From Paramoeba atlantica (taxonomy: Eukaryota; Protista; Discosea): DNA of 64,000 nucleotides. Position numbers and translations under genes: made by a program. Where the stretch lies: the NCBI GenBank assembly GCA_977017575.1, contig CDRNVI010000099.1, forward strand, positions 188,586 to 252,585, given 5' to 3'. How positions within the stretch are numbered: the first letter of the stretch is position 1; each line of letters opens with the position of its first letter. The notes under the pieces are model-generated. The model did no database searches. It was not told where the DNA came from and saw only the letters and a program-made list of their open reading frames with translations. Shown piece after piece: positions 9,133 through 20,823 of the stretch.

Positions 9133-12100
9133 TAGGATGTAACTAACTTGCGCATATGACGCTGTTAGGTGCATCCCTTATGCAGACAGTGTCTCTGCAT
9201 CGCTCCATTGCGGGGAATCACGCTTGTGCCATAATAAGAAGCTGGAACGGATAGCAGTTCGGGAGAGTGTCGCCCGACATTTAGCCTCCAAATCTTCGTC
9301 CCCTCCAAACAACCGATTAATATCCGCTGAGGAGGCTACCAGACCACCTCGTGCTCCAATTTCGAATACGAGGAGGTACGTGTTCGGGTGCACTGTTCGT
9401 TGTTCGTGTAATAGAGCGTTGTACTTGAGGCGTTTATATTCATTTGCCTGCATACAGTTCTCTTCCCAGGGGACAGTGAGCTCAACGATGTATTCTGTAC
9501 CATCAGTCAGTGCAACGAATCCGTCTGTGCGTTGATGATTTGGATTGTTGTGCAGCCAGTGTGATGGATTTCGGTGACCTAGTAGGTCAAAATGCTGATA
9601 TTTTGTATGCGGGGATTCTTGGATGCGTTTGGCGAGTTCAGTTAGAACTGTGTCGTGTCTGAGGGTATAACGCCCCTGATCAAGAGATGTTTTGCAACCT
9701 GAAATAACGTGTCGTACCGTCTGTGCTTCTTTTCCGCATACTACATGTCGCATTTGAGAAGTGAAGGCCCCATGTCCGAACGTTTGACTTTGAGGGTAAA
9801 GGAGTGGTAAGTAGAACCGAGGTCGCAAAACGTGTTAGCTTCGTGCTGTTCAGGTTGTTCAGTACGGCGGAAAACTCCTTCGCAAGTTCAGTTTCGGAAG
9901 GTGTTGTCCACCATTGCGCTGCGACCGGTGCTCATTTCTGAAGGTTTTGTACAATATTCGCTTCGTAATATTCCCGCACGATTTGTTTGGCGCGTTTTGC
10001 GTCGTTTAGATGTTGGAGGATTTCGCATGCTGGTCGTAGTTGCCCTCTAGCTCGCCTGTTTTGCTCCTCTTCAATGCGGGAGCGTAGCGCTGCTTGGACA
10101 TTGATGTCTCTGGATTTATTCATTTGAGTCATCGCGGTGGCAGTGCATTCGAACCAAAGCTTAGAGAGTGATGTTAGGCCCCAACCGCGATCTGAGTACA
10201 GGACTTCTGTGCTACCTTTAGAGACCATGTTGATCCATTTCCTAATGTAGGAGGTTGCCGTCTTCCGGAGTCGAAGTATAAAGTTGAACGTTATGCATGG
10301 ATGGACCGTGAAAGCATATCGTAGGCGAGCGAGCATGGCATTTTGATAGATCCATAGTTTTTCAGGTAGCGTATGTGTGCTTCGGTGCACATTTTGTAAC
10401 CAAGTCTTAAGTTTCGCGTTCAACTTTTTATACAGCTCTCTGGCTTGTTGTGCTCCAGGGGCCAGTGTCATTCCCAGGAAGGTACTACCTCTGTCGCAAA
10501 TGTGGGGAATCGGATCTCCGTCACATTCAATCTTTGCCCGCCTCGTCACACAGTCCAGGTATTGGTTTCCCCCCCCCAGGATCCTGAGCACACCTTAAGA
10601 GCTTTTGACCTAATTCCTTCGGCATTCAACGGATCTCGAAAAAGTAGAGCGTTTCCCGCCGTTTGTTTGCCCATCACCCCCCCTGGGTTCTGGGTGGGTG
10701 TGATCAAAGATGGCAAATTTCAAAAATAAAAATATTTTTGAAGGGGGGTAAAAAATGACAAAAAAGGTGTAAGAATTCCTATATTAATACCCACAATGGT
10801 CTCTTTGAACGCTCTGCACTATTCGCAAGCGTTTAGGTACTGAATTTATGCAATTTAAGACTTGGCGTCGATAAGGATGACGCTTAAGCATCATGAAGGC
10901 TTTCTTTATTGCCTTCCGGAGCTGTGTTTCAGTCTCTGGCTTCAGAATTTCTTTTCTATATTGGTGGACAATTTCAAGGCGCTCTGGGAGTGCACATCGC
11001 GACATTTTATGGGTAATAGGGGGTCTTGTTTTTCGGCGAGTTGGAGTACTGACCTTTAGTAGATTTAACGGGGGTATCCCTCAAATTCATAGAATAAGAA
11101 ACCATATTTGATAAAAAACTCCCAATTTTTTGAAATATTGGATTTTTTTTGTTAAAATTATGCTATTTTTTCGTGTGTTTTCAAAATATTTTTGACCCAG
11201 TGGGGGTGATGGGCAAAAAAACGACGGGAAACGCTCTACTTTTTCGAGATCTGTTGAATGCCGAAGGAATTAGGTCAAAAGCTCTTACGGTGTGCTCAGG
11301 AGCCTGGGGGGGGAAACCAGTACCTGGACTATATATCCTGGATGTTCCGTTCCCGCTCGCATGGCCATACATTGTACCCTACTTTTTTCGACGTTGATAG
11401 ACAATCCAATGCGTCTAAGGACGATAGAGAGTGATTGTATAGCATTGTTCATGTCGAAATCACTTGACGTAATTATCGTAAGGTCATCAACATAAGCCTT
11501 TAGGAAGTGCTTTGGTGTATCGGGGTAGGATATGCCATAGTACGGGCATGTAGCGGAGGACGATCTCCATCGCAATATTGAAGAGCACTGGGGATAGAGT
11601 ATCACCTTGTAGTACGCCACGTTGCACTGCGATTTCCTTGGTTAGTCCTTGGTCGCATTTGAATCTCGTCGTGGCTGAGAGATACATGCCTTTGATGTAT
11701 TCAATGATTTCGGGTGACACGCGCGCCCAGGTGAGAGCTTCGAATATGATGTCATGGGAAAGCGAACCGAATGCTTTTCTGAGGTCGATCTGGGCCAGAC
11801 AGTACTGATTCTTCTTGCGCTGATGATGTTGCAGCAGGTTACACAGTGTTTGGGTGTGTTCCAGAGTTCCATTCATCCGTGGTAGAAACCCCTTTTGGAT
11901 AGTCGTGTCAATAACTCCTGAGCTTACAGCATGGTCCAGGAGTTGGTGTCCTATGATGCTGTGAAGAAGTTTTCCCAGACAGCTTGTGAGTGCTATGGGC
12001 CGCCAGTTCCTTGGTATTTTAGGGTCTCCACCTTTGTGGATAAGACGCGTGATCGCTAGAGACCACGACGTGGGGCATGTCCCGAATTTTATTAAGTCAT

Positions 12101-13693
12101 TAAACATTTTGGCCAGGGAGCTGTATAGTGCTGGGCATCGTTTTAGCGCTGCGTTTGTGATTGTATCTTGCCCTGGTGAGCTAGAGCCCCGTTTGCCTGA
12201 GATGGCATTGGCGATTGTTTCGGCTTTTACTGGTATCCACGTCATTTCGTTGGTGGCTCTAGGGCCTAGTATATCGAAGTTTGGGAGCCGGAGAGTGTCG
12301 CGCTCTTTCGTTACTTGACTGTAATGTTCCTCTATTTCGAGCATTGTACAGCTTGGGTATTGCGTGTTTGTGACTTCATCCTCACTGGGTCTGTCCATGG
12401 CTTCAGCAGCCGCAGTCCATGGGTTTCTTGAGAAACGTTCATGCGCCCATCTACCTTCTAACGCTCGGCGTTGCACGTCGGCCTCGTCTGCGTAGATTCT
12501 TTCTAGCTTCTTATTTTCTTTGATTTGGCGGCGTAAGGTATATCGGGCTTCCGTGCCATGGGTGAATCTAAGGGATCGTTTCAGTCGTTGTATATGCTTG
12601 GATAGTTCTCAGTTCACTTTTTCTATGGCTAAAGGTCTATATTTAAATTTTGCATTTCCTTGCTTTGTGCGGAGAACGAACCCTTTGGTGGGATTCACCT
12701 CTTGACTCACCTCAAAGGTTGATACAACGATAGACGCGGCGAGTATAGCACCGTTCTCCTTTGCTAGGAGCGCGTTTGTGGTGTCTTCGTGTAGGAGCTC
12801 CTTGCATCTCCCTAGGGCTCGCTTTTCTACTGAACGCCATTGATCATCGTTTAGTTTGACGCAGAGTTTCCCACCTTGAATGTCGCTGTGTTGTTGAAGT
12901 AGTTCATGCCTTTTCTTGTGTAAGGGATCGTCGCGGTTCGGTGCTGGGCAATGATTCGTTGCTTCTCCGGAGATATTCGTGGTATTTCTTGCATGCGTGG
13001 AAGATTGCAGTTGAGAGAGAGGCCCGTATATCTTGCAGCATCGGTGAGCGCATGAGAGCTTTTCTCGGCATGTGTGCTTGCAGGGCCCTTTTCCTCCCGC
13101 ACCTGGGTACCCAAATGTAACACAAGTCGTACTGGGTTACGCTGCGTGATTCGTGCTTTGATCTGGCTGTAAACTCGCACTTTTGGGGGCTTCTTTGACG
13201 TCATTCTTCCTAGATATGTGCTTTGCTTCGTTAGTGCTGCAATAATGCCAGTCACGCTCGGGGTCCTGTGTGGGGTCGTATACTGACTGCATCGATCTCT
13301 CACTTTTCTGTACTGCCTCGTTGGCAGAGGCCCCTGCTTTTCTACCAACTTTTTTACGAAAGCTTCACAGAGCTCAGAGACTCTACTAGTTGCCCATCCT
13401 GCCAGCACTCCGACCTTTTCCAGAAAGGTTGTATCGTCATCATTCATGTCATGCACTGGATTCGGGGTGGGTAGGTCGTTCGCTGGGCCTTTGCACTGTG
13501 ATGTTGCCGTTTTCTCTGCTCTTGACTGCGGGTTTCGCCGACTTCTAGTGGGCATGTCTGTGGCCTTTGGGGAGTGACCGAGTTCGCGAGTCGAGCTTCT
13601 CAAGTCCCATTTTAGCGTTCTGCCGGTGGTCGAGTTCGAATTCGTTGTGTCAAGGGTAGAGGTGCTTGCAGTTTCTTGATTATGGGTAGGTCC
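9133..13693 (-). mobile_element. Full-length RLE-type non-LTR retrotransposon (R2/NeSL/HERO-like), frameshifted
   Basis: RT motifs SPGQD, KGGDPK..NWRPIALTSCLGKL, QKGF, DLRKAFGSLSH, RGVLQGDTLSP and YVDD. C-terminal CCHC plus GRYTLRHDTVL, then nuclease motifs RTDG, ELTVPWEE, K..KY and EIGARG. Flanks are aagtatttt (9124-9132) and aaatatttt (13694-13702), a 9-bp TSD with one mismatch. Confidence 0.88.
10551..11331 (-). mobile_element. Internally deleted Tc1/IS630-like element nested in the LINE
   Basis: ~138-bp TIRs (10551-10688 and 11194-11331) starting CAGTCC, with TA on the right flank. Residual QLRKAIKKAF...CINSVPKRLRIV...HCGY is typical of the ITm transposase C-terminus. Confidence 0.8.
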
Positions 13694-13930
13694 AAATATT
13701 TTGCAACACTTGTGCAGTGAAGATAGTTAGTGAAGATAATATTGCCGCCGATTTTGATTCTGCATGACATCCTGAGGAAGCAAATAAGATCTTATCGCTC
13801 CGTACACTATCACTACAGTGTTGAACCGTATCATATCAATTAGTATACTTCTTGTTAGAGGGCACCAAAGGTAAGATGTCTGTTCACAAGAGGCATGAAC
13901 GCGTCGCATGGCAGCAAGCTTATCATAGAC
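13694..13930 (-). pseudogene. Decayed 5' half of the LRR gene interrupted by the LINE
   Basis: RRVHASC... and YLLPQDV resemble KVHASC and FLPEDV of the LRR at 19088-19777. Confidence 0.5.
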
Positions 13931-14378
13931 TACTGCGTCTGAATCATTCTATTCAAGTAAAGTACTAGTTACTTCACTTTCACGACTCTACTTTTCCTAT
14001 GTCGTCATAGAAACAACCTTCCCCCGAAAGACAACCCCTCCCCTGAGGCATCTTCCCTTTCGGAAGCTCCGTTACGTTCTTCCAGGAAATTGCCGACACT
14101 ACCGCCGAAAGTTCGCCTTAAGCGTCCTTCCTCTCCGCCTCCTTCATTGCAAAGTATGAGGGTTATTTCTGCAATCTCTAATGATACATTACATTGATAC
14201 TCTAGTAAACGGGACTGCGCTTTCTCAAAGTCAGTCCGTTGAAGATGCATCCACTGTGTCAATGTACGTCCCTGTAGCGCAGAGGCAAAGGCTTAAATCA
14301 GATCTGCATCAGGCATATGAAGTGGCTCCTTCCCAGGCAGGGGAAATTTTACGCACACAAAAGGAGTGTAACCCTATG

Positions 14379-15217
14379 GGTCAGACTGAACGAAGTTTGC
14401 ACACTTTTCAAAAACTTGCCTAAAAGTACAGTGCGGGATTTTATTACGGGACACGTTAATTACGGGACAACTCAATTACGGGACAACTCAATTACGGGAC
14501 ACTTAATTAAGGGACACTTGGGCCTTGGGAGTGAGTTTCGCTACGACTGCCTGGAACGACGCGTGGTGGATCGGGCTAGGCCGGCTTATTCTCAGCAAAA
14601 CAGTTCTACACGCCCAAATAAGCGGTGTATTAAAACAACAAAAAATATAATAACAGAACCTGCAGTACCATCACTCACTACATTTCACAGATCATCTCAG
14701 AGGTCAAACCTAAGGGACACTTAATTACGGGACACTTTCGACCGAAAAGGGGGTGTCCCTTATTTAAGGTGTCCCGTAATAAAGTTCCGCATTGTATCTA
14801 AATATCAACGAATTCCAAAGAAAATCAAAACTACGCACACAAGACGATTTCCGCACAAAACAAGACGCAAAACAAGATGCAACATCCAACAAAACTTGTA
14901 CCAGCGGGCTTTGCTGTTGAACTCGTAATGAGCCATTGCTTCTCAGTTATGGCGCGGAGTCGTGCCTTTCTTGAGGACTTTGACCTACCCAAACTCGCCC
15001 CCTCATACACTAACCTCTTCTTTAGCATCGAATTCGCCCCCTCAAGAGTAGGAGTATGTACTTCCTCTTCAGCTATCCATTCATTTGGGTGAATAACTTC
15101 ACTCCAACGGTACTTACCTTCGAATCCAGGAACGTTATGCGTCGCCCCGTCTGTCCATATCCTCGTTCGGGCCCGACATGTATGAGGCATTGATACTGAC
15201 CATTCTGAGCAACACAT
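14379..15217 (-). mobile_element. Truncated Merlin element (3' part)
   Basis: TIR ggtcagactgaacgaagtttgcacac at 14379. The transposase remnant RIWTDG...VHTPTLEGANSMLK is homologous to 2442-3401, and the 3' region matches the 28257-28652 MITE. Confidence 0.85.
14429..14794. mobile_element. Tc1/pogo-type MITE nested in the Merlin remnant
   Basis: TIRs cagtgcgggattttattacgggacac / gtgtcccgtaataaagttccgcattg, with TA on both sides and repeated ttacgggaca subterminal motifs. Confidence 0.85.
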
Positions 15218-15684
15218 GTCGTTAGTAAGTGGTCCCGCTCACACTTCACAAGTTGGGGGGGGGGGTACAGCATTAGTTTTACCTTCCTTTTTTCTTTTCT
15301 TAATCAGGAAATTATCCATATTTTTACCGAAAGATCTTCACTCGCAAAAAAAGGAAAGAATATCACAAAAATATTTTTCATTCAAAGGTGTTACAGGTCG
15401 TCGTGTAGAAGCTGCTGAATAGGTAATGGTCCCCATGGTCAGTGTTATGGTACCTACCCCCTCATAACGCCCATATACGATTCGTGTTTCATGTAAAAGA
15501 CAATCGCTCAACAAAATATTTATTCATGGCATTGAGGCGTATTTGAACGTCACTGTATGTATTCCATGCGACCTCTACAGACTTTGTCTTGCATTAATTA
15601 CAGCATTTCGTCGCACTTCACGCTGAAAAAACCTTTCCGACACAGTTGATCATGGCAATAATGTGTAGTCCATATTTGAAGCTG

Positions 15685-16365
15685 TTACATCAAACAACAC
15701 GAGGACTCTTCAACCACACGCGTGTTATGAAATTGAAACGTAGTTCCAGGAAGTAAATTGGGGGGAAGTTGCGATCTGCGAAAGGTTCCACTAAGTCGGA
15801 AATTAATCTGGATGTACAGGCGATCAAGTTTCTCAGGTAGAACATCAAGATTTGTTGCCTCTTCAAATCTATTCTGATCAAACTGAACCGATGTGAGAGT
15901 TCTCGGAAGATCTCGAAAATCTAAATGACCGGAAAACAAATTCGATGAAAGAGTCAAGGTCCCGAGTTCGGGGGGAAGCTCACTAAGGCAAACATTTCCG
16001 GAAAAGTTGTTGTAAGACAAATTTATCCGTTTTAATCCGCGTGGGAGATAATGAAACGACACGCTTCCGCGCAAATAATTACGGCCCAGGTTCAACACGC
16101 TCAATGTAGAAGGTAAGTATTCCCATTTTGGGTGTCCGCGCAAAGCGACCCATTCAAAATCTATATGGGAAACAAAGAGCTCATCCTCGCAGCGTAGTCG
16201 GTACCATTCACATGCAGGTGTTCGTATATCCCATGTAATCTTTCTTGAAGAAGTATTCTGAAGGAAATATCCCATAAGGTCTTCATGAGACATTCGCGTT
16301 GTGCTCACTTTACCCAGTCGAACAGAACTATCGGAGGCGTGTACGAATGCCGTGGAAAAGATCAT
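15685..16365 (-). CDS. Leucine-rich repeat protein (family copy B)
   Basis: Intact 226-aa ORF with ATG start. Close paralogue of copy A, with flanking DNA also homologous. Confidence 0.87.
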   Translation of the reverse strand: MIFSTAFVHASDSSVRLGKVSTTRMSHEDLMGYFLQNTSSRKITWDIRTPACEWYRLRCEDELFVSHIDFEWVALRGHPKWEYLPSTLSVLNLGRNYLRGSVSFHYLPRGLKRINLSYNNFSGNVCLSELPPELGTLTLSSNLFSGHLDFRDLPRTLTSVQFDQNRFEEATNLDVLPEKLDRLYIQINFRLSGTFRRSQLPPNLLPGTTFQFHNTRVVEESSCCLM

Positions 16366-16641
16366 TTGAAGTTGCAGTTCAAGTATTAAATAAAAAAGTC
16401 AGTTAGACTGACTCTACAAAATAATATCAAGAGCGAAGCAATTATACAATACACTGTATTGAGCAAAAGCCTTCGTCCACTGATTGTTTCAAGAAAATCT
16501 CGGTTCTAAAGAAGAAAAAGAAGTGGGAAAGGTGAACTCCCACCATAGAGTTTAATGGGGGGAAGAGCGGACACTACGTCATTTTCGACCCGCGAACTAA
16601 TGATGTTCCTGCTCCCCACCTGCTGTACCCCATGTAGATAC

Positions 16642-18729
16642 TCACGTATCTACCTGTGATTCGGAGCGAACTAACCCTTTGCTGTGTTTCCCTGCATCCT
16701 CTATAGCCGACCTATCGTTTTTGTTACTTCCACAATCAGCTTCGGAATATGATATCCCTTCTGCCTGCAATGGGGCCGTCCCAGCTTCCAAGCCCTCCTG
16801 AGGGCTACGGGCTTCCTCCGGACCCGGACAGGCAGCTTGGCAGGGCATGGGCAAATGCGTATTTGCCAGCAATGGGGGATCTCCCATGCTATGAGCCCCG
16901 GTGCCGCCTAAAGTGCCGTATAAACTCAGTCGACTGGAGTGTTTGCGTAGCGGAGGAATTTCGGGATTTGAAAATCGCATGCCGCTGCGTAAGTCTGAGG
17001 GGTCAAATGAAGCATCCATGTCCGTATCTAAGACATGAGGTAAAAAAGGGTTCGGCAACAAAGATCCTGGGTTCTTCTCATGCGGGTACGGATTGCTCTC
17101 ACCTTCGCCTCCACATCTTCCGTTTCCCAAAGGTATGCCTCCGTTGTTGTATGAGGACAACCCCGTCATAGCCCCAGGAACCGAGCGGCTTTGTCCCTCA
17201 AGATTTTCCATAAAATCATTTCTGAAATCTGAATTCGCTTGCTCCCCACCCTCTTCTCTTCTCCCTACTCGCTGTTTCGACACTCTACGCACGGGTTGCC
17301 TGTTTTCTCCACTCTTTTCCTCTGTTTTTTTGTCTCCTCTTGTCAGTTTGCTTCCTTTTTGTTCCTTTTCTTCTTCTTCTTGTTCCTTTTTTTGTTCCTC
17401 GCTTGCCCTCTTCTCGACCTCCCATTTCTCCGCCGCGAGTCCGGCAAAATCCAAATACTCCTCGGCGCGCTCAAAACCAACCTCCCCCATTTCTTTCCTC
17501 AGCAGCCCGCGAAGCTGGGCGTACCGAAGCACCTCCACTCTCGGGTGGTCCAGCAGAAATCGGAGGTACACGCTGGTGGCCATCCCCACGTGGTAACAAA
17601 GCACTTTCGTGAGATTACAGGCCCAGTGGGCGCACAGAAGCTCAAGCGCTCGCGTCCACAGCGCAGGGAGAGAGGAAAGGGCGTTTAGGGAACACCCGTT
17701 CCGGATTTCTCTTTTAGAGTACCCCGTGGACGCTTGAGAAATTTCTCTTTTTGAGATTCCTTTGTCTTCTTCAGGAAATTCTGTTTTTGAGATTCCTTTA
17801 TGTTCCTGAGAAATTTCTCTTTTTGAGATTCCTTTGTCTTCTTGAGGGATTTCTCTTTTTGACATTCCTTTGTCTTCTTGAGAAATTCCTCTTTTTGAAA
17901 TTCCTATGTAATCTCGAGGAATTTCTGTTTTTCTGTTGGTAGAAGATATTTCATCTTGTCTTCTTCGTGGCTTGCTGCTTTGGTTTACATCCGAGTGGTG
18001 TTCCAAACCGTTCACCTCCTGTGTCGAGAAAACACATGGTTGCGACTCACCCGAACAGGATGTAATGGTGTGGGTCGCTGTACTCACTTTTCCTTTGTGA
18101 GGCTTTGTTTGTTGCGCAGAAGAAGAAGGAGAAGATGAGGATGAAACTCCCCAAAGATGCCGCCATGTTACGTGACTCATATCGACCAGCAGGACGAAAT
18201 CGGTTGCGGGGTACAGCGCATCCAGGACGTGTACGGCGGACTGCAAAGCATGCAATTCACATAGACTCTCACAAACGTTATGGCTGCCGTTGTCTTTGTT
18301 CGGGACGTATTGAATCACTTGGGCTCCGTTCCGAAACGTACACCCCAGCCAAGGAAGGAAACAGGAAGAAACAAAGGGGGTACATCTGATCTCAGGGTGC
18401 GGTGAATAAGTGTGCGGCAGGTTAAAATTTTCCGGTTCATCGTTTTGTTTTTCACCGGTATTAAGCTTCTCAGCGTGCAACTTCACTTTGACGTGTGAAA
18501 TGTTTTCTAAAGTTGAGACCTCAGCGGCAAAGAGTCGTGCCATCTCGGTAAGGCGTGCTAATGCCTGTCGCGGCTCCATACCGGAGACGAAACGAAATTT
18601 GGCGCGAACAAAGCGCTTCAGCTGGGTATCGGTGAGGGGGTGGGTGAGACCCATACTTCGGTGTGCGTACGTCGAATCGTCCGTAGGGAAGCGTTCCCGA
18701 AGTCCCGCAAACAAACTATTCTCGTCCAT
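16642..18729 (-). CDS. Probable CRAL-TRIO/Sec14-like protein with repeat insertion and low-complexity tail
   Basis: LTDTQLKRFVRAKF (CRAL-TRIO N-like), LGCTFRNGAQVIQY, FVLLVDMSHVTWRHL and ALELLCAHWACNLTKVLCYH follow the CRAL-TRIO pattern. First ATG is at 18729. Confidence 0.5.
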   Translation of the reverse strand: MDENSLFAGLRERFPTDDSTYAHRSMGLTHPLTDTQLKRFVRAKFRFVSGMEPRQALARLTEMARLFAAEVSTLENISHVKVKLHAEKLNTGEKQNDEPENFNLPHTYSPHPEIRCTPFVSSCFLPWLGCTFRNGAQVIQYVPNKDNGSHNVCESLCELHALQSAVHVLDALYPATDFVLLVDMSHVTWRHLWGVSSSSSPSSSAQQTKPHKGKVSTATHTITSCSGESQPCVFSTQEVNGLEHHSDVNQSSKPRRRQDEISSTNRKTEIPRDYIGISKRGISQEDKGMSKREIPQEDKGISKREISQEHKGISKTEFPEEDKGISKREISQASTGYSKREIRNGCSLNALSSLPALWTRALELLCAHWACNLTKVLCYHVGMATSVYLRFLLDHPRVEVLRYAQLRGLLRKEMGEVGFERAEEYLDFAGLAAEKWEVEKRASEEQKKEQEEEEKEQKGSKLTRGDKKTEEKSGENRQPVRRVSKQRVGRREEGGEQANSDFRNDFMENLEGQSRSVPGAMTGLSSYNNGGIPLGNGRCGGEGESNPYPHEKNPGSLLPNPFLPHVLDTDMDASFDPSDLRSGMRFSNPEIPPLRKHSSRLSLYGTLGGTGAHSMGDPPLLANTHLPMPCQAACPGPEEARSPQEGLEAGTAPLQAEGISYSEADCGSNKNDRSAIEDAGKHSKGLVRSESQVDT
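17705..17930 (-). repeat. In-frame 36-bp coding tandem repeat, about 6 units
   Basis: Encodes (GISKREISQEDK)n inside the 16642-18729 ORF. Confidence 0.9.
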
Positions 18730-19087
18730 GAAAAGAAAATTTCTAGATAAGCGATGATTTTCAGATAAACGAAGATTTTTAAGATAAGCAATGTAGTGGA
18801 CGAGGGGTCTAGTAAAGTATCTGAATGTACAGAGTGTCACAGAATGTACGCAGAATGAATGTACATAGTGTCATAGAAAGTACAAGTGTCAAAAAATTTG
18901 GACCGAATGTTATTTTCAATATGATTTAATATAGATTTTAATATGATTCGTAACACGTTTGAAGTCTGCAGCTGCTACATTTCTTTTCCACGTTTGCCGG
19001 AAAAACTATGTAAACATAAACCCAAAGAAACCCAAAGAATTATAAACCCAAAGAAATCTTTTTTGGAAGGTAGATTTGAATTGAACA

Positions 19088-19777
19088 TTAATCTTCTGAA
19101 TTACGATGCCCGATGTGAACTCCATTTACGTTCAAGCGGTTTTTGCCTCTTAATCTAATCACAGTTGCGGAGTCCGGGACCTCGCTGACATCTACAGTAC
19201 CTTCAAAATCATTATCCGACAAGTAGATCTCCTTTATGGTTTCCGGAAGGCCTCGCAACGAGACGGTACCAGAGAAATGGTTTTGATTTAGCCACAACCA
19301 AAGCAAACCTTGGGGCAAATGCTGCAGGTCGACAGGACCGTAGAACTCGTTCAAATTCAAACATAGCTTTGTGAGTGCAGATGGGAGCGTCGTGAGATCG
19401 ACCTCCCCAGTGAACTGGTTGCGATTAAGCCACAGATAGCTCACTGTGGAGGGGAGTTCTGCACTCTGCAGCGTACCTCCGAGTTTGTTACGATGTAGTT
19501 TAACGAAATGCACATCCTCCGGAAGGAAGCTCCATGTGAGATTCCCCGATAATTGGAGATTCATCCATTCGAGGGCAATACCATCCTCACTCATTTGTCT
19601 AACACGAAACCACTTGGCGATCGGATTTCTATCGGTCCACGTTGCATGGGTATTCTGCACGTGCTGCAGAAAAAAGACGAGCTTTGTCTCGGCGTTCATA
19701 CATGAGGCATGTACTTTCCCTAGTCGGGTCGCTGGTCGTCGTGGTTGCGCATCGTCTGCACTGGGTAGGGTAAGCAT
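19088..19777 (-). CDS. Leucine-rich repeat protein
   Basis: Intact 229-aa ORF with HATW cap and LPxxLxxLxLNxNxFxG repeats. Confidence 0.87.
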   Translation of the reverse strand: MLTLPSADDAQPRRPATRLGKVHASCMNAETKLVFFLQHVQNTHATWTDRNPIAKWFRVRQMSEDGIALEWMNLQLSGNLTWSFLPEDVHFVKLHRNKLGGTLQSAELPSTVSYLWLNRNQFTGEVDLTTLPSALTKLCLNLNEFYGPVDLQHLPQGLLWLWLNQNHFSGTVSLRGLPETIKEIYLSDNDFEGTVDVSEVPDSATVIRLRGKNRLNVNGVHIGHRNSED

Positions 19778-20493
19778 TCTACAAACACAATTTCAGTATT
19801 GAATTGTACTAAATTAAAGTAAAGAAACCTAAATGGACTAAATTAAGTTGCTGATCGTTCTACAATGGCGTCCTATGGCGAGGGCCCTGAGCGTTAGTGG
19901 GAAGCAATTTGCGAACCGGGAGGGGGGGTATACGAGGGCCCGCGTGAGGGGGCCTGAACCATACGCGTCGTCGTTAGTGGGAAGCAATTTGCGAAACCCC
20001 GTTTACCAACAGCCACCGCTTTTTGACAACTGCTTCCTCCGTGCTTCCTCCGATCAGTATTATGTATGAACGTGCCAGGATTAAAATGACAGCATTAGTA
20101 TTATCAAATATTCTAAGAAACACCGCCGTGTCGCAATAAGTGACCTGAAATTCCGAACTAAACCCGCGCAAAGGGGTAGCCGGGATCTTAGTGCGCATTT
20201 TCAGGCCCCCTACCCGGGGGTGACCCCTCTGGTATCTGCAGGACGAGTCCACCAAGTTCGGAATATTTCGGAAATTGGTTCTTTGAAAAAGAATTTAACG
20301 TGGCGGAAAAATAGGAAAGCAATTTCCGCACTGTCGTCTGTGCGCGTTTTCATGTTCCATTCCCCACTCTTTTTTCAACACAAACCCATAAAAAACGAAA
20401 TCCATACAGTCTGACAAGTGAAATTCATTTAAATTAAATGAATTTACAATTAAATTTACAATAAAAATTACAATTAAATTAATTGTAGTATTA

Positions 20494-20823
20494 CCGTATA
20501 CCCCCCAGTAATAGAATCGATTTTGGACCGAAATGGCCAAATCTCTGTTACTGGGGGGGTATGCTTTTTTGGTGAGAAAAGACCTTTCTTGTTCATGGGT
20601 GCACTGCGGGGGGGTACGCTCTTTTGGTGGGAAAAGAACATTTTTGTTCATGGGTGCATTGATTCGCTCCCGCGCAACCACCCTCACCCAGCCCAGCGAC
20701 CCCCACCCGCTCAAACACCCCCCCTCCAACCACCCTCCCGAACCAAATCTCTGTTACTGGGGGTCAGCCCAAAAATGGCCAAATCTCTGTTACTGGGGGG
20801 GTCTATTACTGGGGGGTATACGG
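20494..20823. mobile_element. pogo/Tigger-type MITE
   Basis: TIRs ccgtataccccccagtaatag / ctattactggggggtatacgg with TA flanks. Related sequence occurs inverted at about 46400-46488. Confidence 0.85.

Noticed and set aside
14440-14520. Short regularly spaced repeats (ttacgggaca) resembling an array or iterons
   Set aside because: They are subterminal repeats of the TA-flanked MITE 14429-14794.
17705-17930. 36-bp repeats of CRISPR-like length
   Set aside because: The units are contiguous with no unique spacers, are in frame inside a CDS, and no cas genes are present.
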